In this document: piece after piece, positions 1 to 12,780 of the stretch
How the letters are laid out: each line of letters starts with the position of its first letter
How positions within the stretch are numbered: the first letter of the stretch is position 1
Source: Basidiobolus meristosporus CBS 931.73
Taxonomy: Eukaryota; Fungi; Basidiobolomycota
Assembly (NCBI GenBank): GCA_002104905.1
Contig: MCFE01000042.1
Coordinates: forward strand, 138,104 to 202,103
Reading direction: 5' to 3'
Length of the DNA: 64,000 nucleotides
Translations under genes and position numbers: made by a program
Notes under the pieces: generated by a model
Told to the model about the DNA's origin: nothing
The model's database searches: none
Seen by the model: the letters and a program-made list of their open reading frames with translations, nothing else

Positions 1-3000
1 AGTCGAACTCCGATTCGCTTTGGGATTTGGAGACGTCCAATGAGGTATGCTGCTGCTCCAACGCAAACAGGTTGTTGCTGAGTTGTTGAAGTTGTGTTGC
101 AACCTTGGTTTGGTCTTCAAGCTGCATGGTCAAAAGCAGCTTGGATAGACGGTATGTAGCATGACGCAAGCCATCCAAAATCTTTTGACGGTATCTGGCA
201 AGCTCCACTTGCTCGAAGCCACCAAGGAGCTCCATAGTGTCGACACCGCTATTCATCGAGAACTCCTCCAGCACATTGCCCGTAAGCTGTGCCAAGAGCC
301 GAACGAGACTGGTTTTGCCAGATCCGGAGGACCCGGTAACAATGGCCATCCAGTTCATCTCCACGCACTTCATTACTGCTTCCAAAGGACCAAGCATGGT
401 ATGCAGCAAATGCAACTGCTCGCCAGTCAACTTCTCGGTGGTGTTGTGTCTTCTGGGGAGAATAGAATGGCCAACTTGAAGATGGGATTGATTGACTTGA
501 TAGAATGGGTGTTCGGCGCGCTTGTATGTAGTCTGGAAGACTTGATTGTACAGCTTGATGGTGTACTCTCTGTCTTCTGGAGTCCTCATGCGCTTCAGGT
601 AAATCATGTCGAGATACTCTGCTGGACTGGTGATGCATTTAAGCCCGTGGTCGTTGTTGAGTAGGTCAAGCCACCTGAAGACATCACGCAGATTGAATTC
701 CCAGGGGCTACCCTTCAATCCGAAGCTTCTTCGCACCATAGTTTCCTCGTGCATGCGGTTGTTGAACTCGATGACCTTTTCCAATTCGCCGATGCTCATG
801 TTGGGGAAGGAATGCTGGCAAATGAAGAGTAAGTCCTCCTTCACAAGCTGGTCAACGTACACTTGCGTGAAACGATTCAAGAAAGATTTGGGCAAGCCCT
901 TACGGCCACCTCCCTGCTGGATAGGATTCTGAGCAGCGAAGATTCGGAACTCCTTGGCGCAACCAAACGAGCGGTCCAATTCGGGAATGTACACACTGCC
1001 TCTATGATCAAGACATGAGTTCAAACCTTCAAGCACAGATTGGGAAGCAAGATTGATTTCATCCAAAAGAACCCAATCACCGGACTGCATCGCTTGCAAG
1101 AATGGGGCATCACGCCAAGCGAATTCTCCACTCTTTCCACCTTCGACCGGCAGATCTGAGCCAAATAGATCCATAAGGTCCGTTTGCTCCGACAAGTTGA
1201 TTCTCACGAGGTTACGCCCAGAAGCGGACGCCAGAGCGGAGATCAAACTGGTCTTGCCCACGCCAGGACTACCTTCCAGGAGGATGGGCTTCTTGATCTG
1301 AAGTCCTCGGAGCACTCGGACCAAGTTGGAAAATGTGGTGGGTGCGCGGAGAGCAAACTTCACCTTGTGGTTGGTTTGATTTCCCTTGGAAATGAAGAAT
1401 GGAGCAACACCAAAGTGCGCCGGAGTCGACTCGATCTCGGTAGATATCCCGTGCAGATCGATGGTGCTCATGCTGGATAACTCTTGGCCTGAAAGACGAG
1501 CGATGCACTCCATCTTGAAGTTTTTGAGTGCCTCGCCCGAAAATACAGTTCCTGGGGAGCCGTTGGAGCCAATTCCATCTAGCAAAACAAGAGAGCCACC
1601 ATGAATGAAGGAGCCCTCGGCACCCAGCTTGTCCGATGCCTCGTTTATGAACTCAACCCATGATAGAATATCACGAAGACTGATGATCGACCGGTCCTTG
1701 CCTAGAGCCTTGGCATACCAATTGATGAAGTCCAACATCTTGCTGGCGAAAGGCTTCACTTGCTCATCCTTGATGCGCTCTTGAATGATCTGCTTCAGGT
1801 CCCCTTCGTCGGTAACAGAAGGCACCCAGATTTCGGTGAAACGGTTTCTTAAAGCTGGCGAAAGCTCCTTTTTACCGTAATCACCACCAGGATTCATTGT
1901 AGCCAAGAACTGGAACTTGTGGTGCGCGGTTAGCTCATCAACATGGGCTCCTCCCTTCTCGGCAAGCACTAATAGTCGATGAGGCTCCAAGACAGAGTTC
2001 AGTCTTTCCAACACTGAGTCGTCAGCAAGTGAGATTTCGTCTAGCAAGAAAAGATCACCGCTCTTCATGGATTGAACAAGAGGACCATCGTGCCATTCAA
2101 ACAAGCCAATGGATTTCTTGTACAAGCTACGGATGAAGTTGATTTCTTGCACGGTGGCTTCATCGTCGTGTCCTAGCAGGCAGTCAGATTTTACATGGGC
2201 CTCGAAGAATGCCATCACATCATCAATCTCGTACTCAGATATCAGTTGCTCGGCCTCTTCCGCGGAAAAGTGTGCCCTAACGAAGGGGTGCAGATGCTCG
2301 CGTAATTCGGCATACACGCCGGATTTGTTACGAAGAGGACGCTGACCACCTAGAAGATCGGATGTCTCGGTGTTCTGATGACAATTGACGATGTGCAGCT
2401 CTTGCTCTCTGGCAATGGCCAGCATCTGGCACACGGTAGTCTTCCCACAGCCAGTGTCACCAACAAGCAAAACTGGCTCATTGAATCTAATGCACTGAGC
2501 AACCAAAGTAAACAGTCGCTTCATTGCCTTGGTCCAGGCCACTGAACTTTGATCGGTCCCCGTGACACGACGCTCAAATTCCTGGAATTCCGGGAGATGC
2601 GAACAGTCGTACAACTTTTCCTCGTCGATCTTCGCACGCATTACGCTCTCGATCACCTTCTTGACCACTGCCTTCTCTTCTTCACGACGAGTTCTTTCGG
2701 CGAGGATCATGTACCCATGCTCGGCGAGCTCTTGGTACCCAAGTGCCTCTCTGCCTGCCCATCGGAACATATCTCTTAGAGTGATGAAACCATGTTTACC
2801 ATCGAAAATCCTGGTACGCTGTCTGTGCTCCATTAGCTGCTTATAAACTTGCACAAGCTTTTTACAGTAAGAAGGCGCGATCTGACATCTTCTAGCCAAG
2901 ATAGTCTCGAGTTCATCCTCGGGGATATCGTCGAAGTGTAGCTCGAGGAAACGGTTACGGAAGGCACGAGATAATGCCTTACGTCCACCATACAATCCAG

Positions 3001-6000
3001 CAGGGTTCTGAGTGGCAAAGAGCATGAAATGGGGATGTGGCTTGACAACCTCTTGGGTTTCGGGAATGAGCAACTCACGATTATCATCAAGCAATCTGTT
3101 CAATGCTTCCAATACATCAGACGGAGCCAGATTCAGCTCATCCAGCACTATCCAATAGCCCTTACGAAGAGCCTCTACAAGGGCACCTTCCTGGAAGGTA
3201 AGCTGTCCATCTTGGGATACATAAGTACCCAGGTACTCCTGTAGATCGGTATGTTCGTGGTTGTTGATACGAATAAACTTGTGACCAGTACGCTTGGCCA
3301 GGTACTCAATCATACTGGTTTTACCAGCGGAAGTAGGGCCTTGCAGCAAAACGGGGTATTTGTTGCTCATAACAACACGAGCCAAGTTGTAGAGATTTCT
3401 CTCCACCGAGGGCGTGAGGATATAATGGTCGACCTCATCGAGAACCTCAGGTCCTTGGGAAAGCCAGAAATGGCCAAACTGAACGAACCCGTCCTCAGCA
3501 GGGGGGCGTGGAATCTGAGTTATCAGAGCACGTGGGTTCTTGACCCCTTTGAGAAGATACTTCTCGATCAATTGACGCATTAGGACTTCACTTTCTTTGT
3601 TGAGCAATGTAGAGAATGTCATGGAAAATCCCTCGTACAAAGCTCTTCTTAAGCCATAGTTGGGCGCGATCTGGGTCACGTATGAAAGGGCTCTGCTGAG
3701 TGTTCTCATACTGTAGTGTGGACGCTGGTTTGCACCATCGGCCAGTCTATGCTGAGCCTGGAGACTCTTGGCCTCCATGTAGAATTCAGTAACATCCATA
3801 CAAGCGCGCTCATCGCCATGGCTGGAGTTTGCCAGATACTTCTTAACAATAGTCAGCAGATCGTCCTGGCGAGCATCTGGCGGGTGCACATAAAACTCCG
3901 TGAAACGATTGCGGAGGCCTGGGGGAAGATCCTTTTTGCCAACATCAGTAGCAGGATTCATACAGGCGAACACTCGGAAATTGGGATGTCTTCTGATAGG
4001 CTCAGTGTCCCCCTTCTCGGTCAAGAGAATGGAACCTTCGGCATCCTGGATCAACCCGCTTAAACACTCCAGTGTTTCGGTGGTAGCAAGATTGATTTCA
4101 TCGAGCAAGATCCAGTACCCCTTTCTGACGGCCTTCACCAAAGAGCCTTCAATAAAACTGAACACCAGCTTACTCTCCTGACTTTGTCGAGCTTCAAATT
4201 GAAGAACTTGCTCGCCGAACACCTCCCATTGCTGGGTTAGGGCAGTGCTGTCAACGGCCTTCTCGCTCGTACGAGCTTTCTTGGCCTTTACAGGCTGATG
4301 GTCCATCTCGGCATCCTCGACCTCCTTCTCCGAGCGCTTGGCGAGTCTCTGCTTAGCCATCTTACAGGCCTCCTTGAACAAGGTGATCAGGCGCTTCCAC
4401 TGCTTCTTGACGAACGCTTTTCTAGCGCCCTCCAAGAATTTGGCATTCCTCTTCATCGAAAAAGTGCATTCAAACAGCCTTTCGAACTCCTCCTTCAACG
4501 GAATAGCCATGATTTTCCCATCAACCGGCTTGAACCCACCCAGCAGGTCTGAGGAATCGCTCTGCTGCGACAAATTGACCACGATCAGATTCTGATGCAT
4601 GAGCTCGGCAAGATACTGGACCACAGTGGTTTTCCCGGTACCAGTCTCGCCGACCAGGAGAATGGGCTCACAGAGATGTACCCCGACAGCAATTCGCTCC
4701 AAGAGACGAAGTGCGTGATTGGTTTGGGCGAATACCCGCTTCGAGTTTCGCTTTACCTGGCTGGAAGGATCGGCTAACGAACGAAGAGTGACTCTACCCA
4801 CTTGAACTGCTGCATCGGTGACATCCATCGATGGGACGTATGAATTAGCATACAAGTGGACACGCTCCTTGGATAACCCGAGGGCACCACCGACCTTCTC
4901 TAGCACCATTACCCAGCCTTCGTAGCTGGAAATCATACTACAGAAGCAATCCACCGCTTCACTAAAGATGTCCTCCCTAGTCTTGTCATCCACTGGCAAG
5001 TCATCGTCAGGGAATAGTTCGCGCTTGGAATTACTGAACAACGCATCGACACGTCTGCACCATTTCATGAGGTCTCTAGCTGAGATGAATCGGCTCATAG
5101 TCGAGATGGTGATTGAGGAGTACTGGCGGTCTTGGAAGATCTCAGTGATGGTGGTGAAAACCCGGATAATAACAGGCGAGATCGATCTCAATCTGGGATA
5201 TCTCTTCTCTATGACGTCCTTGAGTTCATTCATATCGAGAGGCTTGACCTCCACACGAGTCCACAAACTATTTGCCATTACGTTGTTGCCGATAGAGCTA
5301 CGCACCGCAGTACCGTTAGGCATCAAGCTTCGGGTGGCAAAGAGCTGGAATCCATCCTTGGCAACGAATCGCTCGCCCCTGCTCGGGATGAACAGCTCCC
5401 TAGTCTCGAGCAAAGGAATCAAAACAGATGTGACCTCCATAGGGGCCAGGTCTATGTCCTCGATCAGCACCCAACGGCCCTCCTTGACGGCCGTGGTCAA
5501 AACTCCAGGCTGCCACTTGAATGAGCCAGGGGTAGAGGTTGAAACGTAAGTTCCCAATAGAACTTTGGAGTCCGTTTGGTCGCCCAGATGGATCTTGACA
5601 ATATCCTCCTTGCCAAGAAGATGGGAAACCTCTTCAACAAGCGCAGTCTTTCCGGAACCGGTGACACCCTCCAGCAGAACGGGGGCACCAAGAGAAAGCG
5701 CCAGACCAATTGCCCGAAGATTTTTCACCGTGGTGGACGTCAAAACCAGGCTGCTTTCCGAGTTTGTATCGGGTTGGGCATCGCGGGGTAGCAAAACGCC
5801 GCAGAGGTTGACTGTTGCAGGGGAGAGATCGGAGGCATTGAGAATGGGAGCATCCTCGGACGGAATAAAGCTACACGCCTCCAGGATCATCTTCAGCCTC
5901 TCATTGGATAGCTCCTCTTGCTCGGTAATACTACAAACAAACTCGCCATCAATACAACAATCTAGACAAAACAGCGCTGGAAGATCGTTACTTTAAGAGC

Positions 6001-6990
6001 GAAAGGTTTTCGTTGCCAGGTCGGTAAATGTCGCCAACAAGAGACCGTATTGAGTCGTGGGTCTCCCGGTCAGACATTTCCAGCAACAATGATAGACTCA
6101 ATACCACATAGTAGCGGATCTCTTGATCGGAGTAGTTGATAAGTTGGAATAATGGTGTCCAATTGAACAAGCCCGCAAAAGAGCGAACAGATGTTTTAAG
6201 CAGACGGTAAGCCGAAATCAGCAAAGTGGATAGATACTTTGTAAATGCCGGATCCTGAAGGGGGCAAAACCTCGTTAGAGAAGGAGGCCAGGAAAACCCA
6301 ACCAGCAGTCACCTTACCTCCGCTGATGACTTCTTTTGAGATAATGAGGTGTTGACACGTTCAAAAAGGGATGGTTGCTGCTTAAAAAATTGGATGGCAG
6401 AGCTAGTGTACAGATTCCTGATGTTAATTACGGTTTACTCGCGGGATTATTCGCAGTATGGTGATTCCTCATGTACCTTTTTAGCTGAGGTGCGATATTT
6501 AGGAGCTTTGCATAAGCCATGGCAACCACCTCCACCTGGGTAAAGTTGCTGAAGTCGGTTGATATTTGAGGGTAAGAAGATAGGATTTCTGAATAGGTTT
6601 GAAGAGTACAGTAGGTTAGTCTCGGCTCGAAAAATCCCTGAGATATACGAAAGCACCTGATCTGTTCCAGCGAGCGGACAAATCTATCAATAGCGGACGG
6701 AAAAGGTGTGCAATTATCAGGGTTAACTCGGGGCGGACCAGCAACTGTGCTAGAGTATCTAGCAACTCTCCCTTCTTAATGTCATCTTGGTGAGGTCTAT
6801 ATTTATCTAACACATGGCGTTGTCTATTAGTGAGAAGTTGGAGGGAAGCAGTCGACTCGAGTTGGGTGATATGTTCGACAAGGCTCGAGATAGCAGCAGA
6901 GAGGTCGAAACGTAAGGGGTCGAAAGGTTGTGTATGGACTGGTAAATCGGTATCCTGCATTTCAACATTGTCTGAGCATGAGGTCGTCAT
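1..6990 (-). CDS. MDN1: Midasin / Rea1 AAA+ ATPase (60S biogenesis), 5' part; continues beyond the left edge
   Basis: ATG at 6990 (MTTSCSDNVEM...). Short 5' introns (about 6589-6658 and 6255-6319, plus probably one near 6400-6480), then a long minus-strand reading frame. Manual translation gives six Walker A motifs in the midasin order: VLLEGVTGSGKT (~5660), LLVGETGTGKT (~4640), PVLLQGPTSAGKT (~3330), VLLVGDTGCGKT (~2450), PILLEGSPGVGKT (~1270), IVTGSSGSGKT (~325). The ORF track misses it because there is no stop inside the window. Confidence 0.95.
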
Positions 6991-7314
6991 TACGAATATA
7001 GTATATATTTAATAATGTATCTGGCTTGTGTGTATTATATTGAACAAGTGTATAATAAGAACCCTGACAAGTTGGGGGAGAGAAGCAAGTTGACCTCTGC
7101 GTTTAGACGCGTATCTGGAACGGTAGAGCTCTTTGGTCTAAGTTACCCACAACCTTGAATAATATGACGATGCCACGAAAAAAAATCTAGCAATTTTTTT
7201 TTCGAGCCTCGAGGATAGTCAGGTAAACCAGAAAAATAGTCAAATTTTGTGACGCTCTTTATTTGGTTTTTTTTATTTTTCTCAAAATCCCCTCCACCGT
7301 GACGGGTATTCGAC

Positions 7315-7343
7315 GAGGGCTAGGGCTAGGGTTAGGGTCAAGG
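7315..7343 (+). repeat. Short telomere-like tract (GAGGGC TAGGGC TAGGGT TAGGGT CAAGG) upstream of MDN1
   Basis: Seen directly about 330 bp upstream of the midasin ATG. Function not shown. Confidence 0.6.
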
Positions 7344-7483
7344 TCGAGCCCAAGAACTTCAGAACTGATCCCCATCAAAGCGGGTCCCAAAAAATCAACT
7401 GTGGATGAATGATGTATAATTTGATGCAAACTTTATTTTAACACCACAAAGAGATCAATGCATTCTCTCGTGTCAGAGCATAT

Positions 7484-7979
7484 TTATTGCTCAGTCTTTC
7501 TTCTAGGAGCACGACGACCACGGTTGGCACCTGGGACAAAGGCTTGGACAGGAGCGGCAACGGTAACACCAGGAAGGTTCTCCATGTTAAGGGCCTTGAG
7601 AAGCTCCTTAGTTTCGGGGTCAACCTCGATGTTGGAGGTGTCCAAAGCAGAGAACTCGGGGACGTAGTTGTCCTTACGCTCTCTCTCCTCTTCCTGCAAC
7701 TTGAAGGAGATACCACGGACGGGTCCACGTTGGATACGCTTCATCAAGTGAGTGGTGAAACCAGCGATCTTGTTGCGAAGACGCTTGGAGGCAATAATGG
7801 CAACTTCATCACAGATCTTCTTGTTGGTTTGGAAATCCAAAGTAAGACGAGGATAATACTTTTCAATGATGACCCTGGAGGCCTTCTTGACAGTCTTGGT
7901 ACGAACGCGACCCTATGCAAGCGAAGACATTGGTGAGATCCTGATGGATGGATGGTTGGATTCGCGGGTTACATACCAT
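7484..7979 (-). CDS. RPS17: 40S ribosomal protein S17 (eS17)
   Basis: Exon 1 is the ATG alone (7977-7979), then intron 7913-7976 (GTATGT...TTGCATAG), then [20 protein letters not shown]...[44 protein letters not shown], the unmistakable eS17 sequence. Confidence 0.97.
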
Positions 7980-8695
7980 ATTGCTAGATTATTTAGAGCA
8001 AAGAAAAATGACTTGCCCACCAAAGTGAAGAGAAAGAAGCGATTCTCCCTCGAGGGATCTTTTTGTTAATGTCACGTAACAATTCGTACCCCGTGCCACA
8101 GATGATTTTTCCATTGGTTTAGTCATCTGACTTTGCTGTTAATTTATACGAAAATCGAGCACTGGATGAGCAAAATAACCACAATGCAGTGTGTGTTTGC
8201 CATTGCAGGAGGGAGTCTTGATTTTATTTGATTTGATCTCCTCAGCCTCCTTGACTGTTTATTAGCGATTGAAACAAGCAGGAAAAATCCCGAAGAGTCA
8301 ACGACCCCGCTAGCTCATAATAGACACGTTTTGGCCAACAGAGCACATTGGCAGGATCAACGTTTTATGTACATGAGATGCACTTGCTGCTTATTACTCC
8401 GAGTATCTTGGGATTCATATAAACGCTCCGTCATGGCGTTTGTAGGGGAGTTCTTTTTGGTTTTCCCGAAAAGAATGCCATTGTAGTCTAACCAATACAT
8501 AACCACTCCTTCCCTCCATAGAATAATTTCTCGCTGATGCGAAGTCTAGTAAACTCTATCCTATCCTCCTTCACTTCCACCTTGCCTAACCAGCCCAAAA
8601 ATCCAGATAGACATATGTTAAAGAACTTGCTGTATGTGGTAAGGCTTAAACCTTGCTATTTAGCCCCACCATCCCCATCGGTTGAAGAGGCAACG

Positions 8696-9785
8696 ATGCT
8701 TAGCATACGCGGGAAAGCGATCGAGGTCCAGTTGGTCAATGACGTTCTAACCATGTATGGACGCCCGAATGACTCTGTTGGAGTCGTGCTTCGCGGGTCA
8801 GTTTTCGTCAATCTGAGGAGACCCATCAAGGCCAAATCGATCAAGTTGATTTTTAAGGGGACCTTCACCATGGATTCTCCAACGGGTAATGCCGGCCCTT
8901 TTGCTTTGGTAGTCACTCACTAACTCCGGCTTCATGGCAGATTTGATGCGTCGCGAGAAGACCATTGTTGAGCACCAACTGTGCTTCCTACGCGCACCAG
9001 AAGATACTCAAATTCTGAAGGCAAACAGCTATCGGTTCGACTTTGAAATGCCACTCGACGGCAATCTGCCCCCATCGATTTACACTGGAGCAGCAAGCAT
9101 CCAGTACCAGGTGATCAGCATGATTGAGCGGCCTTTCCTATACAGAAACATCCTCGCTGAATGCCCTGTTACCATACAGAGGTCGAACTTCCCTGATTCG
9201 TTCGAAATTGACACTCCCTCCACGACATTTTCAGGGATTTGGGCGTCGTGCCTATATTACGATGTATCCATCCCTGACTTGAATTTTGTCATTGGCGACT
9301 TCATCCCATTGACTTTTAAGCTGTTCATCGCTGCGAAGGCCCTGGAAATCCACTACGTCCACTTGGTGTTGGAAGAGAAGATCACATGTAATGATGAGGA
9401 ATACCTATTTCCCACATCAGCGACTGAATCGATTGCCTGCCTGAAAATCAGATGCCCAGACATTCATGACCTGGGTTGGGAGGATACCATTTCCATTCGT
9501 ATCCCTACAGATGCACACGAAGACTGTGGGCCCACGTTCATCGAGGTTACACACAAGTTGATAATACGCTTCGCCGTCAACTCACCCGACAATGGAAAGA
9601 ACATCATTTTTGGGCAAATCCCCATCAAACTCATGTCCACATCACAGGCAGAGGCATCGAGCTCTTTGCCTTTATACGAGCCCCCTCAGGTATCATCTTC
9701 CTTGCCACCGCCTTTTCCCACCTCGTCGGAATCCAGTTTTGACCACGTGCTGCCACCGAAGTATTGTCAGATAGCAGTCACGTGA
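8696..9785 (+). CDS. Alpha-arrestin (ART/Rsp5-adaptor family)
   Basis: Arrestin_N-like start (GVVLRGSVFVNLRRPIKAKSIKLIFKG), intron 8886-8940 (GTAATG...CTAAC...CAG) joining the two track ORFs in frame, YRFDFEMPLDGNLPPS, and C-terminal PY motifs LPLY and LPPKY. The start could be further upstream (8537). Confidence 0.8.
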
Positions 9786-10019
9786 GAGGTCAAATATTGA
9801 TAGATATTTATATATGTATACTCGTCAGTTTTGTTTCAACCTTCATTGTTAATATTTTTCGTGTACAAAGCCTGTATATGTAAATCCAAATATAAGCTAT
9901 CCAAACCTTCGTCTGTTCTGGTGTATTTATGTTAGCTTTAGTGAGAATGAGTGGTACATACATTCATTTATATTAGCTTTAATAAGAATGAGTGGTACAT
10001 GCAGCATAGTGACAATTGA

Positions 10020-11399
10020 TTACATGAGATGGCGCGTAGTAAGAATGCCGACTAGGGCTAAGAAAACATACGGCACTGTTAATTGAAAAGATCCATTACC
10101 AGCTATTCCGTTACCATGCTGCGCAGACTGTGTTCGAGTTAGTAATCGGCCCACTACTTCTCGTGCAAACTTCAACTTACTAGTGCCAAGCCAACGCGTG
10201 GCTGAGTACCCATATCATATACGGAATAGAATGATCTTAGGAATACATCGCCAACAATCCATATAGCCTTCAGAAACAGAGCAATTAGCATACATCACAA
10301 CGCGTCTCTATAAATTCCGATACATACCGCTGACGATCCAGCTGAAGCAAACCCAGACATGCAGATACCTCCTTCCTCCTGAATAACGTATTGGTCAGGT
10401 GTGAGTGTGAATACCACATCCCCTAGTGATGATATCGATGTTGGGATACATGGCATCGCAATCCAGCTGGTACAATCCTGCCGAACTTGTAGGTCTGCCA
10501 TTCAGATACTCGACATTGATTAGGGCTGCGTCGCTTTCGGGTATAGTGATCAGACTGGTGCCTGTATCCATAGCCGCCTTTGTGGCGGTAATCTGGACGC
10601 CAGTGTTGGCGATCGAAACGCCGTTAAGTGGAAGAGTCCAGTAATTCTCTTCAACTACGTCAATCCAGTTGAGCGATCCTGAAAAATGGGATGTGTCATA
10701 TCCACCAAATGTCACTTCACCGCTGCTCGGATACCCGCCCAACCACACACCAAACATGCTCGCGTTGACCAAGTTTTGTTCAACCATGTTGTAGAAGGGT
10801 GGGTTAACTCGCATTTGGCTGATTGATGCGAATGCCATGCCAAGGATGCCATCGGCTGTAGAGTTGGCAAAAAAGCTGGACTCTGAGGTTGCCAAACCAA
10901 ACTTTTGTTCATTCAGAGTGATCCCACCAATGGTGCACGTGTCTTGTCCGATCATCCCTGTTAAACTCCCAGTGCCATAACGAAGGGAAAAATCACCGTC
11001 GAGTTCCTGATATGTGGTGGATTTGGTGGGTTGAAACTTCCTGTGGTTGATACACGCCGCGGAACTGCACCAAACAGACGGCACCCAAAAGTCCGCACTC
11101 CCCGTGTCAAAAATCACCGTGAACTTTTGCGGAGGTGTCCCTATCGTCACCTCTCCATAATACGACAGATCATAGCTGTTGGTCAACTCGAGGGCTCCGT
11201 TTCGCTTGTGGAGCTTTTGCAGATATGTGCTGTTCTTGATATGCGGGTACTTGTATTGGAGTTGATAGAGCGACTGTTCCAACTGACTACGAATGTTTCG
11301 AGAGGACCGATGTGACTTGAGTTTCATGCGAACAAGGTTGTCACCGCTGACCGCCGATACGGCAAGGCAAAGTGTGGTGAGCAAGAGCAGTGACTTCAT
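10020..11399 (-). CDS. Secreted pepsin-family (A1) aspartic protease, copy 1, with hydrophobic GPI-like tail; one +1 frameshift near 10428 as assembled
   Basis: Signal peptide [19 protein letters not shown], catalytic DTGS and DTGT, flap YGTG. Introns 10268-10327 and 10128-10180 give the exons [29 protein letters not shown] and [35 protein letters not shown]. There is one extra base relative to copy 2 (ATC ATCA CTA GGG versus ATC ATA CTC GGG). Confidence 0.9.
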
Positions 11400-12780
11400 G
11401 ACTAGAACACTCCTGGAATTTGTTGGGAATGGATTCGCACCCGGCACTCTTATACCTGATTCAGATCTTGGCGCAATTTTGACTATGGCTCGTACGATAT
11501 TCTGGTCTGAACATTCCAATATGGAAAGCAACCAGACATCAATCTTATTCTTCGGCCCCGAAAATTCCATTAAGCATCCTTTAGGTCTAGCAGCAAGTAG
11601 CCAATATCAAAAATAGAAGATAAGGGCAAATCGAGAGTTCTCCGGGTTATTTTGTCCAAGAATATATCCAGTGAACAACAGCAGTATCTCCATACTCGGA
11701 TTTACCAGAGTTATCAAAACTACCAGATCAGCAACCTCCCATTGGATCTTGGTTATTTTTTAGACCAAGTGATGGTATTCGCCGCTAATTATAGCAAAAC
11801 TTCATGTTTATATAAATTCCCTATTTGTGTTCAAGATTAAATCCAACTACTAGTACTTATATATCAGCCACAGCACATGTTATATCTGAAGCTATATGAT
11901 GTTATCTACTTGATTTTGATAACATTGTTATTCCTTTCTTCGCTGTTCCTTCCCAAATTGAACGGTAAAGACAATCAAGTCTGTTTTCTCCCGGATAGGA
12001 AAAATGTAAGAAAAGTACATAGCATACTGGTTTCTACGCGAATGTGGTTAGGTGGGTCATGCTCTCACCACAGGTTAAAAAGGCTGCATATAAATAGAAA
12101 AAAGTTACTACAGTTGACTAGCTCCTTGAAATAGTGACCACACATTGCACAAGACATGTTCAGTAACGGGTCCATAAATGTCAACCTCCACCCCTACCTT
12201 GTAGAACACCTGCAGCGTCACAATTACCTATAACTTCTCTGTTGACATACATACCTTTTATCACTGTTGAGAACAGACAAACTTAGGCTAACATTCGAAT
12301 ACAAGCAATACACACCAAGTTCTATGTGGATTGTGAGAATATTGATAGGAAAGATATTTTTATAGTTTACCAAACGACTCCTCCTACGACCTCCAAGCAT
12401 AGGGAGTTGTTCACAGACGCATGTTGTGCTAGTCACATTTTGGAAATAAATAATACTGCTCCCAACTATACCATATTTTCATGTTTTGCTTAGAAGACTG
12501 AGTATAAAACGAGGATATATATACCAATTAGTCACTACTCGCAACACGAATGATATATGGATGATCCTGTAAGTTGTGCTTCAGAGGACAGTTTTCGTCA
12601 ATCTGGGGAAATCGATCAAGTTGGTTTTTAAGGGCTTTGTCACACATATATGTATGATATTTTTCAAGCCTGAATATGTAACTCCATGTGTAAACTATCC
12701 AAACCTTCATCTGTTCTGGTGTATTCATTTATATTAGCTTTAATGAGAACGAGTGGTACATACAGAATAGTTACAATTGA

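Noticed and set aside
161-6543. Many plus-strand ORFs of 60-190 aa
   Set aside because: Antisense shadows of the midasin coding strand; no independent motifs.
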